From assembly GCA_964606195.1 (NCBI GenBank), contig CAZSIG010000001.1, forward strand, positions 1 through 29,194: 29,194 nt of DNA. The letters run 5' to 3'. Origin of the DNA: an uncultured Anaerolineales bacterium (lineage in GTDB: Bacteria > Chloroflexota > Anaerolineae > CAZSIG01). The notes under the pieces are model-generated. The model made no database searches. It saw only the letters and a program-made list of their open reading frames with translations, and was not told where the DNA came from. Below are positions 18,374 through 27,073 of the stretch, one piece after another; the first letter of the stretch is position 1; each line of letters opens with the position of its first letter. A program made the translations under genes and the position numbers.

Positions 18374-20110
18374 ATGAAAATCGAATCCCTGATTTCCGCC
18401 CACGTTCACGAACTACACCCCTACGAACCACCCGACCGCGTCGCGCTGGCTAAACGCGCCGGTATTTCCCCCACCCGCCTGATGCGCCTCGACGCCAACG
18501 AGAATCCCTACGGCATCTCCCCCCGCGCCGCCGCCGCGCTGGCGCGGTTTGACGGCTACAGCGTTTACCCCAACCGCCGAGCGATAACCACCGCGGTGGC
18601 GCACTACGCCGGCGTCGCGGAGAACCAAGTAGTGCTGGGCAACGGCGGCGACGAGGTAATCGACATGATCACGCGCACCTTCATCGAGCCGAGCGACGCG
18701 ATTATCATCTGCCCGCCATCGTTCGGTATGTACGCCATCAGCGCGGCGGCGCATCGCGGTGAAGTGTTGAGTGTCCCGCGCCGCGCAGATTGGTCTTTGG
18801 ATGTAGAGGGGATAGAAAAGTTGGTGAATAACGCCGCGGCGGAGACGCGCCCGAAGTTGCTCTACGTCATCTCGCCGGGCAACCCGGAGGGTTTGGCGAT
18901 TCCGCACGATACGATCAAGCGGTTGTTGCAGTTGCCCCTCGCGGTTGTCGTGGACGAGGCATACATCGAATTCGGCGGTGAGACGATTGTTCCGCTGATA
19001 GGCGCGCATTCTAATCTGATTGTGCTGCGCACTTTCAGCAAGTGGGCGGGCATGGCGGGGCTGCGCTTAGGCTACGCGGTCACTTCTGCGGAGATCGCCG
19101 CGTTCATGGAACGAGTGCGCATTTCGCACAACGTCAACGCGGCAGCGATCGCGGCGGGCTTGGCAGTTTTAGAGGATATAGATTACGCGCGTTCGATCAT
19201 CAAGAACATCGTCACCGAGCGCGAGAGGTTGTACAACGCGCTTGACGCCATGTCGGGGGTACACCCGATTCCTAGTCAGGCTAATTTCGTACTCTCTTAT
19301 CTCGATAACCATGTTGGTCAAGAGATAAAAGACGCGTTGGTGCGGCGCGGTATTCTGATTCGTACTTACTCCGATGCGAAATTGGCGAACGCCATTCGCA
19401 TCACGGTTGGGCGTCCTGCACAAAACGACGCGGTAATCACTGCGCTGGCGGATATTCTGAAGGTTTCCGTCCCGCCGATGATTCGAGATGCCCGTCACCT
19501 TGAAGGTAATGAGCATTTGGCAGTACCGCGCCACGCGCAAATCGAGCGGAGCACACGCGAGACCGAGATCGCGGTCGATTTGCATCTCGATGGTACGGGA
19601 CAGTATGAAATCAGCACTGGCTTGGGATTTTTGGACCACATGCTGGCACAAATCGCGGCGCATGGGTTGTTCGACTTGACCGTGCAGGCGCGCGGCGATT
19701 TGGAGATAGATGAACATCACACCGTTGAGGATGTGGCGATTGTGTTGGGGCAAGCGATAGACGCGGCGTTGGGCGATCGGCACGGCATCGTGCGCATGGA
19801 GCACGCCTACGCGCCGCTCGATGAAACTCTGGCGCACATCGTCGTGGATTTGAGCGGACGCCCCTACGCGGTCGTAGATGCGGAGTTCACCACGCCACGC
19901 GTCGGCGCGGTCGGCACCGATCTCATCGCCCATTTTTTGGAAACCCTAGCGTTCCACGCGCGCCTGAGTCTGCACGCTCGCGTACTTTACGGACGCAATG
20001 ACCATCACAAGGCAGAGGCTTTGTTCAAGGCGTTAGGACGCGCCCTAGATGCCGCGACGCGGTTAGATGCGCGGCGCGTTGGCGTACCTTCAACTAAGGG
20101 GATTTTGTGA
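18374..20110 (+). CDS. hisC-hisB: Fused histidinol-phosphate aminotransferase / imidazoleglycerol-phosphate dehydratase
   Basis: N-terminal HisC ([30 protein letters not shown]), ~25-aa linker, C-terminal IGPD ([30 protein letters not shown]). No stop between the domains. Confidence 0.95.
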   Translation: MKIESLISAHVHELHPYEPPDRVALAKRAGISPTRLMRLDANENPYGISPRAAAALARFDGYSVYPNRRAITTAVAHYAGVAENQVVLGNGGDEVIDMITRTFIEPSDAIIICPPSFGMYAISAAAHRGEVLSVPRRADWSLDVEGIEKLVNNAAAETRPKLLYVISPGNPEGLAIPHDTIKRLLQLPLAVVVDEAYIEFGGETIVPLIGAHSNLIVLRTFSKWAGMAGLRLGYAVTSAEIAAFMERVRISHNVNAAAIAAGLAVLEDIDYARSIIKNIVTERERLYNALDAMSGVHPIPSQANFVLSYLDNHVGQEIKDALVRRGILIRTYSDAKLANAIRITVGRPAQNDAVITALADILKVSVPPMIRDARHLEGNEHLAVPRHAQIERSTRETEIAVDLHLDGTGQYEISTGLGFLDHMLAQIAAHGLFDLTVQARGDLEIDEHHTVEDVAIVLGQAIDAALGDRHGIVRMEHAYAPLDETLAHIVVDLSGRPYAVVDAEFTTPRVGAVGTDLIAHFLETLAFHARLSLHARVLYGRNDHHKAEALFKALGRALDAATRLDARRVGVPSTKGIL

Positions 20111-20113
20111 GAG

Positions 20114-20183
20114 GTAAAACGTAATGCGTGAAACGAAAAAGGCGCGAATGGTAAACTAAATAGGGCGCAGTATATACTGTGCC
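20114..20183. repeat. Three 7-bp units plus a REP-like palindrome
   Basis: gtaaaac/gtaatgc/gtgaaac (16 nt identical to 9471-9486), then tagggcgcagtatatactgtgcc with a perfect 12-bp palindromic core. Confidence 0.55.
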
Positions 20184-20195
20184 GGGAGGTAACAG

Positions 20196-21203
20196 ATGTC
20201 TAAATTTTCGTTGGATGTTTTGCAAAAACGGGTTTTCCCCTTTGTTGGCGCGGCTGACCCCGATGTCATTTTGGGGGCAGCTTTTGGTGAGGACATCGCG
20301 CTGACACGCGTCGGCGGAGATGTTTTGGTCTCGCACGTAGACCCTATCGTAGGGGCTATCGGCAATATCGGCGGATTGGCGGTGCACGTGGCGTGCAACG
20401 ATGTCGCGACGAGTGGGATTCCGCCGCGGTGGGCACTGCTGTTAGTATTAGTGCCGAGTATTGATGATGAAGAATTATTGGAACAAATCATGCGCGACGC
20501 CAGCGACACGGCTAAGGAACTTGGCGTTGCCATCATCGGCGGACACACCGGCTACTCCGCGGGACTTTCTCGCCCATTAGTCGCGGTTACCGCGCTGGGC
20601 ACTGCGGGGGGACACGAATTGATACGAAGCAACGGGGCGCGCATCGGCGACCATGTGTTGGTTACAAAGGGCATCGCGTTGGAGGGAACCGGCATCCTCG
20701 CCCAAGATTTCGCCGATGTGGCGCGGGATTTGGGGTTGAGTGATGATGAACTTGTGGAAGCGCGAAAATTACTAACCGATGTAAGCGTTGTGCGAGACGC
20801 CCTCGCATTGGCGGAGCAGGGCGTAACCGCGATGCACGATGTGACGCGCGGCGGTTTACTGGAAACGTTGCTTGAGATCGCGCATCTTTCGGATGTGGGC
20901 ATTGAGGTGGACAGCGCGAAACTCCCGATTCACCCCATCGTGGCGCGGTTTGCCCAGACGTTTCAATTTGACCCGATGCGAATGATTTCGTCCGGCACGC
21001 TCGCGGTCACAGTTCCGCCTAAGAAGGTCGAAGCGGTGAGTCATGCGCTGGAGAAACTGGGAACGCCGTTCGCGTTTATCGGGCGCGTCGTGGATGGAAC
21101 TGGCGTACGTATTGCGCGGGATGGTGAAGTGGTTCACCATACAGAAATTCGCTGTGAGGAAGATGAACTGGCGCGCATGTGGGCGTTGTATCCGCGCAAT
21201 TAG
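20196..21203 (+). CDS. AIR synthase-related (PurM/HypE/ThiL fold) protein
   Basis: GEDIAL, DPIVGA, ACNDVA, GGHTG, AMHDVTRGGL and ISSGTL. Confidence 0.88.
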   Translation: MSKFSLDVLQKRVFPFVGAADPDVILGAAFGEDIALTRVGGDVLVSHVDPIVGAIGNIGGLAVHVACNDVATSGIPPRWALLLVLVPSIDDEELLEQIMRDASDTAKELGVAIIGGHTGYSAGLSRPLVAVTALGTAGGHELIRSNGARIGDHVLVTKGIALEGTGILAQDFADVARDLGLSDDELVEARKLLTDVSVVRDALALAEQGVTAMHDVTRGGLLETLLEIAHLSDVGIEVDSAKLPIHPIVARFAQTFQFDPMRMISSGTLAVTVPPKKVEAVSHALEKLGTPFAFIGRVVDGTGVRIARDGEVVHHTEIRCEEDELARMWALYPRN

Positions 21204-21251
21204 GCGAATGGAATAGGGCGTAGTTACGCGGTTCAATTAGAGAGGGATAAC

Positions 21252-22781
21252 ATGATTGCTATTATCAGTGTGTTCGATAAAACCGATGTTGATAAGTTGG
21301 GGCATGGTTTAGTAGAGTTGGGCGCGATGATCTACTCTACCGGCGGCACGCGGCGCGCGCTAGAGATGGCGAACGTGCCGGTGTGCGCGGTCAGCGAACT
21401 GACTAACTTTCCGGAGATTTTGGGGGGGCGCGTCAAGACGCTGCACCCCGCGGTGCATGGTGGAATTCTGGCGCGGCGGCATATGCCTGACGATTTGGCG
21501 GAACTAGCGCAGCACGGCTTGGGGCAGATTGACCTCGTCGCGGTCAATCTCTATCCCTTTGCGGAAACGGTGGCTGAACCGAATGTGCCGTTGGCGACCG
21601 CGTTGGAGAATATCGACATCGGTGGTCCCACGATGCTGCGCGCCGCGGCAAAGAACTTTCCTGCTGTGATACCGTTGTGCGACCCGGCAGACTACGCGGC
21701 GGTGCTCGCTGCTCTACACGAAACAGGAGATTTGGACGCGGCGTTTCGGCAGCGGTTGGCGGTGAAGGCATTTCGGCATACCGCGTTCTATGATTCGCTT
21801 ATATCGACCTATCTAGGCACGGGCGAAATAGATTGGCAAGAGGAGATGACCATTGGTTTGCAAAAGATGCAGGAGTTGCGCTATGGCGAGAACCCGCAGC
21901 AGCGCGCCGCGTTCTACGCGGCGGTACAGCCGGGTAAATCGGCGCAAGGTTTAGTCGCGGCACAGCAGTTGCAGGGCAAGCCGCTATCGTATAATAATAT
22001 TCTCGATGCCGACGCGGCGTGGGCGGTCGTCAGCGATTTCGCGCCGTTGACAGTGGCGATTATCAAACATACCAATCCCTGTGGTTTGGCTCGCGCGGCG
22101 AATTTACTGACCGCTTATGAAAACGCCCTGGCGGGCGACCCGATAGCGGCTTTCGGCGGCATCGTGGCAGTGAACGCGCCAGTGACCGCCGCGCTAGCAG
22201 AGCGCATCGTCGATCATTTCTACGAGATTGTGTTAGCGCCCGAATACGCCGCGCCCGTGCTGGAGATTTTGGCGCAAAAGCCTAACTTGCGCGTCTTGGA
22301 ACTGCCGCTCGTCAAAGAAAATGGCGTGAGATGGCGTAGTGTAATCGGCGGCATGTTAGCGCAAGAAGTCGATAGTGTGGATGACGCGGAGTTGAACAAA
22401 GCTCGCGTTGTCACCAAGCGCGTCCCCACAGATGAGGAGTGGGCAGCCTTGAGTTTCGCCTGGCGCGCGGCGCGGCATGTCAAATCGAACGCGATTGTGT
22501 TGGCTCAGGGGCAGGCGTTGGTGGGCATGGGCGCGGGACAGCCCTCGCGCATCGCGGCGGCGGAGGTCGCGATAAAGATTGCTGGAGAGCGCGCGGCGGG
22601 CGCGGCGCTCGCTTCGGACGCGTTCTTTCCCAAAGCTGATGGCATCGAGGTCGCGGCGCGGGCGGGAGTGCGGGCAATCGTGCAGCCCGGTGGCTCTCTG
22701 GGCGACGCGGAGGTGATTGCCGCCGCCGATGCCGCGAATATGGCGATGGTGTTTACGGGGAAGAGGCATTTCTTGCATTAA
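21252..22781 (+). CDS. purH: Bifunctional AICAR transformylase / IMP cyclohydrolase
   Basis: GRVKTLHP, IDIGGPTMLRAAAKN, LRYGENPQQ, KHTNPCG, HVKSNAIV and SDAFFP. Confidence 0.98.
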   Translation: MIAIISVFDKTDVDKLGHGLVELGAMIYSTGGTRRALEMANVPVCAVSELTNFPEILGGRVKTLHPAVHGGILARRHMPDDLAELAQHGLGQIDLVAVNLYPFAETVAEPNVPLATALENIDIGGPTMLRAAAKNFPAVIPLCDPADYAAVLAALHETGDLDAAFRQRLAVKAFRHTAFYDSLISTYLGTGEIDWQEEMTIGLQKMQELRYGENPQQRAAFYAAVQPGKSAQGLVAAQQLQGKPLSYNNILDADAAWAVVSDFAPLTVAIIKHTNPCGLARAANLLTAYENALAGDPIAAFGGIVAVNAPVTAALAERIVDHFYEIVLAPEYAAPVLEILAQKPNLRVLELPLVKENGVRWRSVIGGMLAQEVDSVDDAELNKARVVTKRVPTDEEWAALSFAWRAARHVKSNAIVLAQGQALVGMGAGQPSRIAAAEVAIKIAGERAAGAALASDAFFPKADGIEVAARAGVRAIVQPGGSLGDAEVIAAADAANMAMVFTGKRHFLH

Positions 22782-22819
22782 GCGAAGCATACCTATTACT
22801 TTTTTTGACAGGAGAATCA

Positions 22820-23446
22820 ATGATAACGATAATTGATTATGGTATGGGCAACCTGCGGAGCGTGCAGAAGGCTCTGGAGCGCGTCGGCGCGCAGGCGATT
22901 ATAACCGCTGACCCCGCCGCGTTGGATACGGCGCGGGGAGTTATATTGCCGGGTGTCGGCGCGTTCGGCGATGCGATGGTGAATTTGAGGAAATATGAAT
23001 TTGTCGAGCCGCTATTGCGGCAGGCGAAGATGGGTAAACCGCTGCTGGGTATCTGCCTGGGAATGCAGTTACTGTTCGAGGAGAGTGAGGAAATGGGGCA
23101 GCATCGCGGCTTGGGCTTGCTGCCCGGACGCGTCGTGCGTTTCCTCGAGGGGGAGTTGAAAGTGCCACACGTCGGCTGGAACCAGTTGCAAATGCGCGCC
23201 GCGTCACCGGAGCGCGATGTATTGTTGGCAGATATTGATGATGGAGCCTATGTATATTTTGTACATTCTTACTACGTCGCGCCCGAAAACCCGCGTGATG
23301 TGCTGGCGGCAACGGAGTACGGTCTCGAATTCGCAGCGATAGTGGGGCGCGGCAATTTGTTTGGCGCACAGTTTCACCCGGAGAAAAGCCAAGAGGTGGG
23401 ATTGCGGATATTACAAAACTTCGCGAAAATCTGCGGAGAGAGTTAG
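22820..23446 (+). CDS. hisH: Imidazole glycerol phosphate synthase, glutamine amidotransferase subunit
   Basis: IIDYGMGNL, LPGVGAF, GICLGMQ, YFVHSYY and QFHPEKS. ATG at 22820 after aggag. Confidence 0.97.
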   Translation: MITIIDYGMGNLRSVQKALERVGAQAIITADPAALDTARGVILPGVGAFGDAMVNLRKYEFVEPLLRQAKMGKPLLGICLGMQLLFEESEEMGQHRGLGLLPGRVVRFLEGELKVPHVGWNQLQMRAASPERDVLLADIDDGAYVYFVHSYYVAPENPRDVLAATEYGLEFAAIVGRGNLFGAQFHPEKSQEVGLRILQNFAKICGES

Positions 23447-23465
23447 AGCTATTTGTTGGAGAAAA

Positions 23466-24080
23466 ATGGAACGAACTATCGAACGTAAATCATCTAGTAC
23501 GGCAGGTTACACCTGTTTTTCGCGTGCCTGTGCCAACAGAGAACCGGACGCGCGGTTTCGCGGTCCCGATGACATGGCGCAGGTTTTCTTGTCCTGGGGC
23601 GCGAAGGTGGTGCTTAACGTTCCTCTATTCAGAAAGTTTTTCATGCGTCGTATCGCGCCGCCCGGTATATACGAATACGTGCTGGCGCGCACGAAGTTGT
23701 TAGATGAGGTATTCAGGATCAACGCAGATTCGTGGGGTAAACGGTAGCAGCCGCGAAGTGCAAAATACCCGCGTAGGGCGGCTTTCTTAGTCGCCGCTCC
23801 AAATCATCGGAAAAAACGGCAGGTATGGAAACTTGCCCTACCCCACGAATCCGCGTAGAGCCGGTATTCATAGACGCGCTGGAAAATCACTTCGCGCAGA
23901 TTGTGCTGTTGGACGCGGGTTTTGACACCAGAGCTTTACGGTTTCGGTATAAGAACGAGGGAACTAAGATTTTTGAGTTGGATATTTACACTACACAGTA
24001 ACCCAAGATCGATATTCTTCAGCGTGAGGGGGTTGCTCTGCTCGTGTAACTCATTTTTGTGCCGATTGATTTCAACCACG
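23466..24080 (+). pseudogene. Class I SAM-dependent methyltransferase (TIGR00027/LCM-like) pseudogene
   Basis: …YVLARTKLLDEVF|IDALENHFAQIVLLDAGFDTRALRF…KIFELD…FVPIDFN. Broken by a MITE, two in-frame TAA codons (23999, 24047), an apparent G>D change in the GAG motif and 3' truncation. Confidence 0.85.
23716..23862. mobile_element. MITE (147 bp) with 24-bp TIRs and an 8-bp target duplication
   Basis: TIRs ggatcaacgcagattcgtggggta / taccccacgaatccgcgtagagcc (21/24). TSD ggtattca at 23708-23715 and 23863-23870. Removing the element restores the reading frame. Confidence 0.9.
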
Positions 24081-24183
24081 CCGCGGTGCTCCGATGCGAA
24101 AATAGGTTCTACGGTGAAAAAGAGATCTACGAAACAGTATCGAAAACTGGAGAGGGTTGGACTTTTGGTATAGGGGAGGGGGA

Positions 24184-24330
24184 AATGTAGTAGAAGAGGT
24201 CGGAACGCGCCTCGTCGGGGGTGTGATACACCCGATGATAAACCCATTCGCTCTTCAACGCGCCGAAGAAGCTCTCCATCGGCGCGTTGTCGTATCAGCT
24301 CCCCGCTCCATTCATACTGACCTGGCTGTG
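24184..24330 (-). pseudogene. IS3-family transposase fragment (integrase core C-terminus)
   Basis: Minus-strand translation HSQVSMNGAGS*YDNAPMESFFGALKSEWVYHRVYHTPDEARSDLFYYI. The stop sits at the conserved Cys position. Confidence 0.8.
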
Positions 24331-24360
24331 CCCGTTCTTGTTTTCATCAAAACCGCCTGC

Positions 24361-25173
24361 TCACCGCTGCGCCACCCATCGGCGCATCAGTTCCACCGTG
24401 AACTGCCAATGTCCGTCCGTCTCGCGTATCACGTCGTGCCGCGCCAATGTATCTAGGGCGCGGCGCGTTTCCTCCGACGTAAGCTGTGCCCCCCGCGCGA
24501 TTTCCTTCTCCGTCATCCCCGCGTCCGCCTGTGCCAGGACGCGCAGCACCTCCGTTTGCGTGGGCAGCGCACTCTTCTCCGTCTGCCCCCAGATGCCGGT
24601 GAAGTAGGCGTCGCCGTCGCGGTAGAACTCCGCCGCGCCGACCACCGCCGTCACGTCCGCGAGCGCGAACCGCCGCTCTCTCTCAATACCTTCCTCGAAT
24701 GTCTGCCGGTTGAACCGCGTCACCAGGTGGTGGCAGACGAGCTGCACCAGGTACGGCTGCTCATTGGTGAGGGCCAAAATCCTCGTGATGGCGTCCGCGT
24801 CGTAGTCGATGGCGAAGTCGGGCGAGGGCTGCGTGATGAGCCGCCGCGCCGCGCCCTCACTCAAAAAGCTGACCGAAATGGCGGTGACGCTGGCGAACAG
24901 CGGGTGCCAGTAATCGCGCCGCATCTCTTCCAGCGTGTGCAAGCCCGCGAATGCCATGATGAACCAGGAATAGGTCTGAATCAGGCTGCGCCAGAAATCG
25001 AGCAGGCGCGCATCCAACTCGCCCGCGGCAATCCCCTGCTCTATCATTTCAAACTCGTCGACCGCGACGATGAACTGCCGCCGCCCTCGCACGCGGTCGA
25101 GCCGCTTGAGGTAGCGGTCGAGGGCGGTGTAGGGGTTGTGCGCGGTGAATTGTTCTTCGGCTGGTTCTGCCAA
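24361..25173 (-). pseudogene. C-terminal fragment of an AAA+/STAND-like ATPase
   Basis: Walker B IVAVDEFE, FAGLHTL, LTNEQPYLVQLVC and a C-terminal winged-helix-like segment are present. No Walker A. In-frame stop at 25221-25219. Confidence 0.7.
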
Positions 25174-25212
25174 GACTTCCGAAGTCTTGAAGACTTCGGA
25201 AGTCTGGCAGAA
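25165..25212. repeat. Double (nested) palindrome
   Basis: agacttc-c-gaagtct tga agacttc-g-gaagtct: each half is self-complementary and the two halves are inverted. A relative lies at 29102-29135. Confidence 0.85.
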
Positions 25213-25294
25213 ATTCGTTCAGTGGCGCGGTGCGCAACTATGCCAAATCTTATCGCACGCTTCATCCGGTCACCGTTCAACCAATAACCGAAAG

Positions 25295-25386
25295 TGAGGA
25301 GCGCAGCGCCGAAGAATCTCGCGCTACACCGGATTATTACTTCCTGAACCGAGATTCTTCGCTCCCGGTGGTCGCTCAGAATGACA
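25295..25386. repeat. Divergent solo member of the GIY-YIG-flanking palindrome family
   Basis: tgaggagcgcagcgccgaagaatctc…gagattcttcgctcccggtggtcgctcagaatgaca. Same gcgcagcg/gaag…tctc and gctcag…tgaca skeleton. The left tgtca end is lost. Confidence 0.7.
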
Positions 25387-25454
25387 TCCTATCGCGAAGT
25401 CTCGTTGTAGTGTTAGTATCCTCCTCTATTCTCGCATCACTAATCCCCAAGCCG

Positions 25455-25498
25455 TAATGTAATAATGTAATAATGTAGCCGCAGGCTTTACATCTGCG
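25455..25498 (+). repeat. 8-bp tandem repeat x3 running into a short GTAG hairpin
   Basis: taatgtaa taatgtaa taatgtag, then ccgcaggctttacatctgcg. Confidence 0.45.
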
Positions 25499-25542
25499 CT
25501 GACCGCGCAAGTTATTTAATTCGCGATCCTTAACAAAAACAG

Positions 25543-27036
25543 CTATCTTCCCAAAAACCACATCGCGGTGAGGGGAGTGATGTTAGCTTCGATGAACGCG
25601 GCAATCAGGAATATGGGGACACAAACTAACAAGAATACCTTTACAAAATTTGCGACAGCGAGCAGTAACCCCTCGCCGACGGTCATGCCCTCCGGCGGTG
25701 CCATGAGCGCGGCGCCTATCTGGACGGCAAACGCGTAGGCGATGATCGCCGCGGGTAATTCTAATATGCCGTGCGGAAGGATGAAAGTAGTAAGTAACAG
25801 CACCGGATTATAACCGAGAAAGTGCGCCTCCAGAGCGATGAAACCAATGATGCCCATCGGAAAGGCGATGGCTAAGAGGGGCAGGGTGCCAAAGGTGAAC
25901 ACCGCGATAAATGCAGAGAGGATGATGGCGCGTACGTTGTGGAAGAAGATCGCGAGGGTACTAAATCCGGGCAAAATGCCGCGCAGGGCTTCTCTCATTT
26001 CTGATAGTTCGCCTGTGGCATCGCCGCGCCCGATGTTGAGTTCAGATAAATCCGCGTCGAGGATCTCCGGTGGGAGCGGAAATTGCGAGGCAACGATCGC
26101 GCCGCCGATGAGCGCCGCAGTGATAACAATGAACACGGTGATTAGGGGCAAGCGATAGAGTTGTATCAGGCGCGGAATGTCGTGCCGGTAGAAACGTTTG
26201 AAATCGGGCGCGGGCAGCTTATCGGGTAGCACTCCGTAACCCTGAGTTTTGTTCTCGTCCGGCGGATTCAACAGGAAAAATAGAAACTTGCGCCAGATCA
26301 ATCCCAAATCTAAGCGGTCGAACTCACGCGCCAAAATCTCCTCGCGATTGAAGATGCGAATGCCCATGCGCACCACGACGATGTCTATGACGAATATAAT
26401 CGCGACGATCGACCACATCTCCACATATTTGCCCCAGAAAAGTAGAATGCTCTCGGCTTGCAGGAGCAACGCCATCGGTACGACGATGAAACTGGCAAGC
26501 AGGTTCGCGGCGCGCACGCTGGTGGTGTGACTGGAAACCACGACCGCGCCCGCGACCATGACCAAGCCCTCCATCGTGGTGATAATCAGCGTTTGAATAA
26601 TAACGATAGCGGGGGGGATATAGTCCAGAGTGAAGTAGATCAAGCCCAGATAAACCGCGATGCCGAGATAGCTGGCGAAGAGTGGCGGCGTCATCGCCGC
26701 GATTAGTTTACCCAAATAAAGCTCCGCGTCGGTGACCGGCATCGCTAACAACGGTTCGAGACTGTTGCGTTCCTTTTCGCCCACAAAGGTCTCCAGCGCG
26801 ATGACGAGCGAGAAGGTGATCGGGAAAAAGCCGACCAGCAGCATGGCAAAGGGTATCAAGCGTAACGGTATAATTTGTGCTCCGTACTCCTCGATAAAAT
26901 CGAGCGCGGCGTCGGTAGTCATCTGCATTAGCCAGGGAAACGCGGTAGTGAGGATGAGGATCGGCGCGATGATACGCCAGTCGCGCGTGCTGTCTATCAA
27001 TTCTCGTTTGGTGATGATAAATACATTTCTTAACAT
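25543..27036 (-). CDS. ABC-2 type permease fused to a SpoIIM/DUF95-like membrane domain
   Basis: N-half: FVGEKERNSLEPLLAMP…LYLGKL. C-half: IFFHNVRA…LPHGILELPAAIIA…AAFIEANITP. Confidence 0.85.
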   Translation of the reverse strand: MLRNVFIITKRELIDSTRDWRIIAPILILTTAFPWLMQMTTDAALDFIEEYGAQIIPLRLIPFAMLLVGFFPITFSLVIALETFVGEKERNSLEPLLAMPVTDAELYLGKLIAAMTPPLFASYLGIAVYLGLIYFTLDYIPPAIVIIQTLIITTMEGLVMVAGAVVVSSHTTSVRAANLLASFIVVPMALLLQAESILLFWGKYVEMWSIVAIIFVIDIVVVRMGIRIFNREEILAREFDRLDLGLIWRKFLFFLLNPPDENKTQGYGVLPDKLPAPDFKRFYRHDIPRLIQLYRLPLITVFIVITAALIGGAIVASQFPLPPEILDADLSELNIGRGDATGELSEMREALRGILPGFSTLAIFFHNVRAIILSAFIAVFTFGTLPLLAIAFPMGIIGFIALEAHFLGYNPVLLLTTFILPHGILELPAAIIAYAFAVQIGAALMAPPEGMTVGEGLLLAVANFVKVFLLVCVPIFLIAAFIEANITPLTAMWFLGR

Positions 27037-27073
27037 GGTTCTAAAAAGTGATACGTAAAACTTGACTTTAGGA

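Noticed and set aside
20168-20179. Perfect palindrome cagtatatactg as a LexA or other operator
   Set aside because: Orientation does not match CTGT-N8-ACAG or GAAC-N4-GTTC. It extends into a taggg-tagged REP-like hairpin.
21204-21251. ZMP/ZTP or purine riboswitch upstream of purH; His leader or T-box upstream of his genes
   Set aside because: The purH intergenic space is only 48 bp. No His-codon leader peptide or T-box motif was recognisable before hisZ, hisG, hisD or hisC.
24157-24456. 99-aa + strand ORF
   Set aside because: Antisense shadow of the IS3 fragment and the ATPase 3' end.
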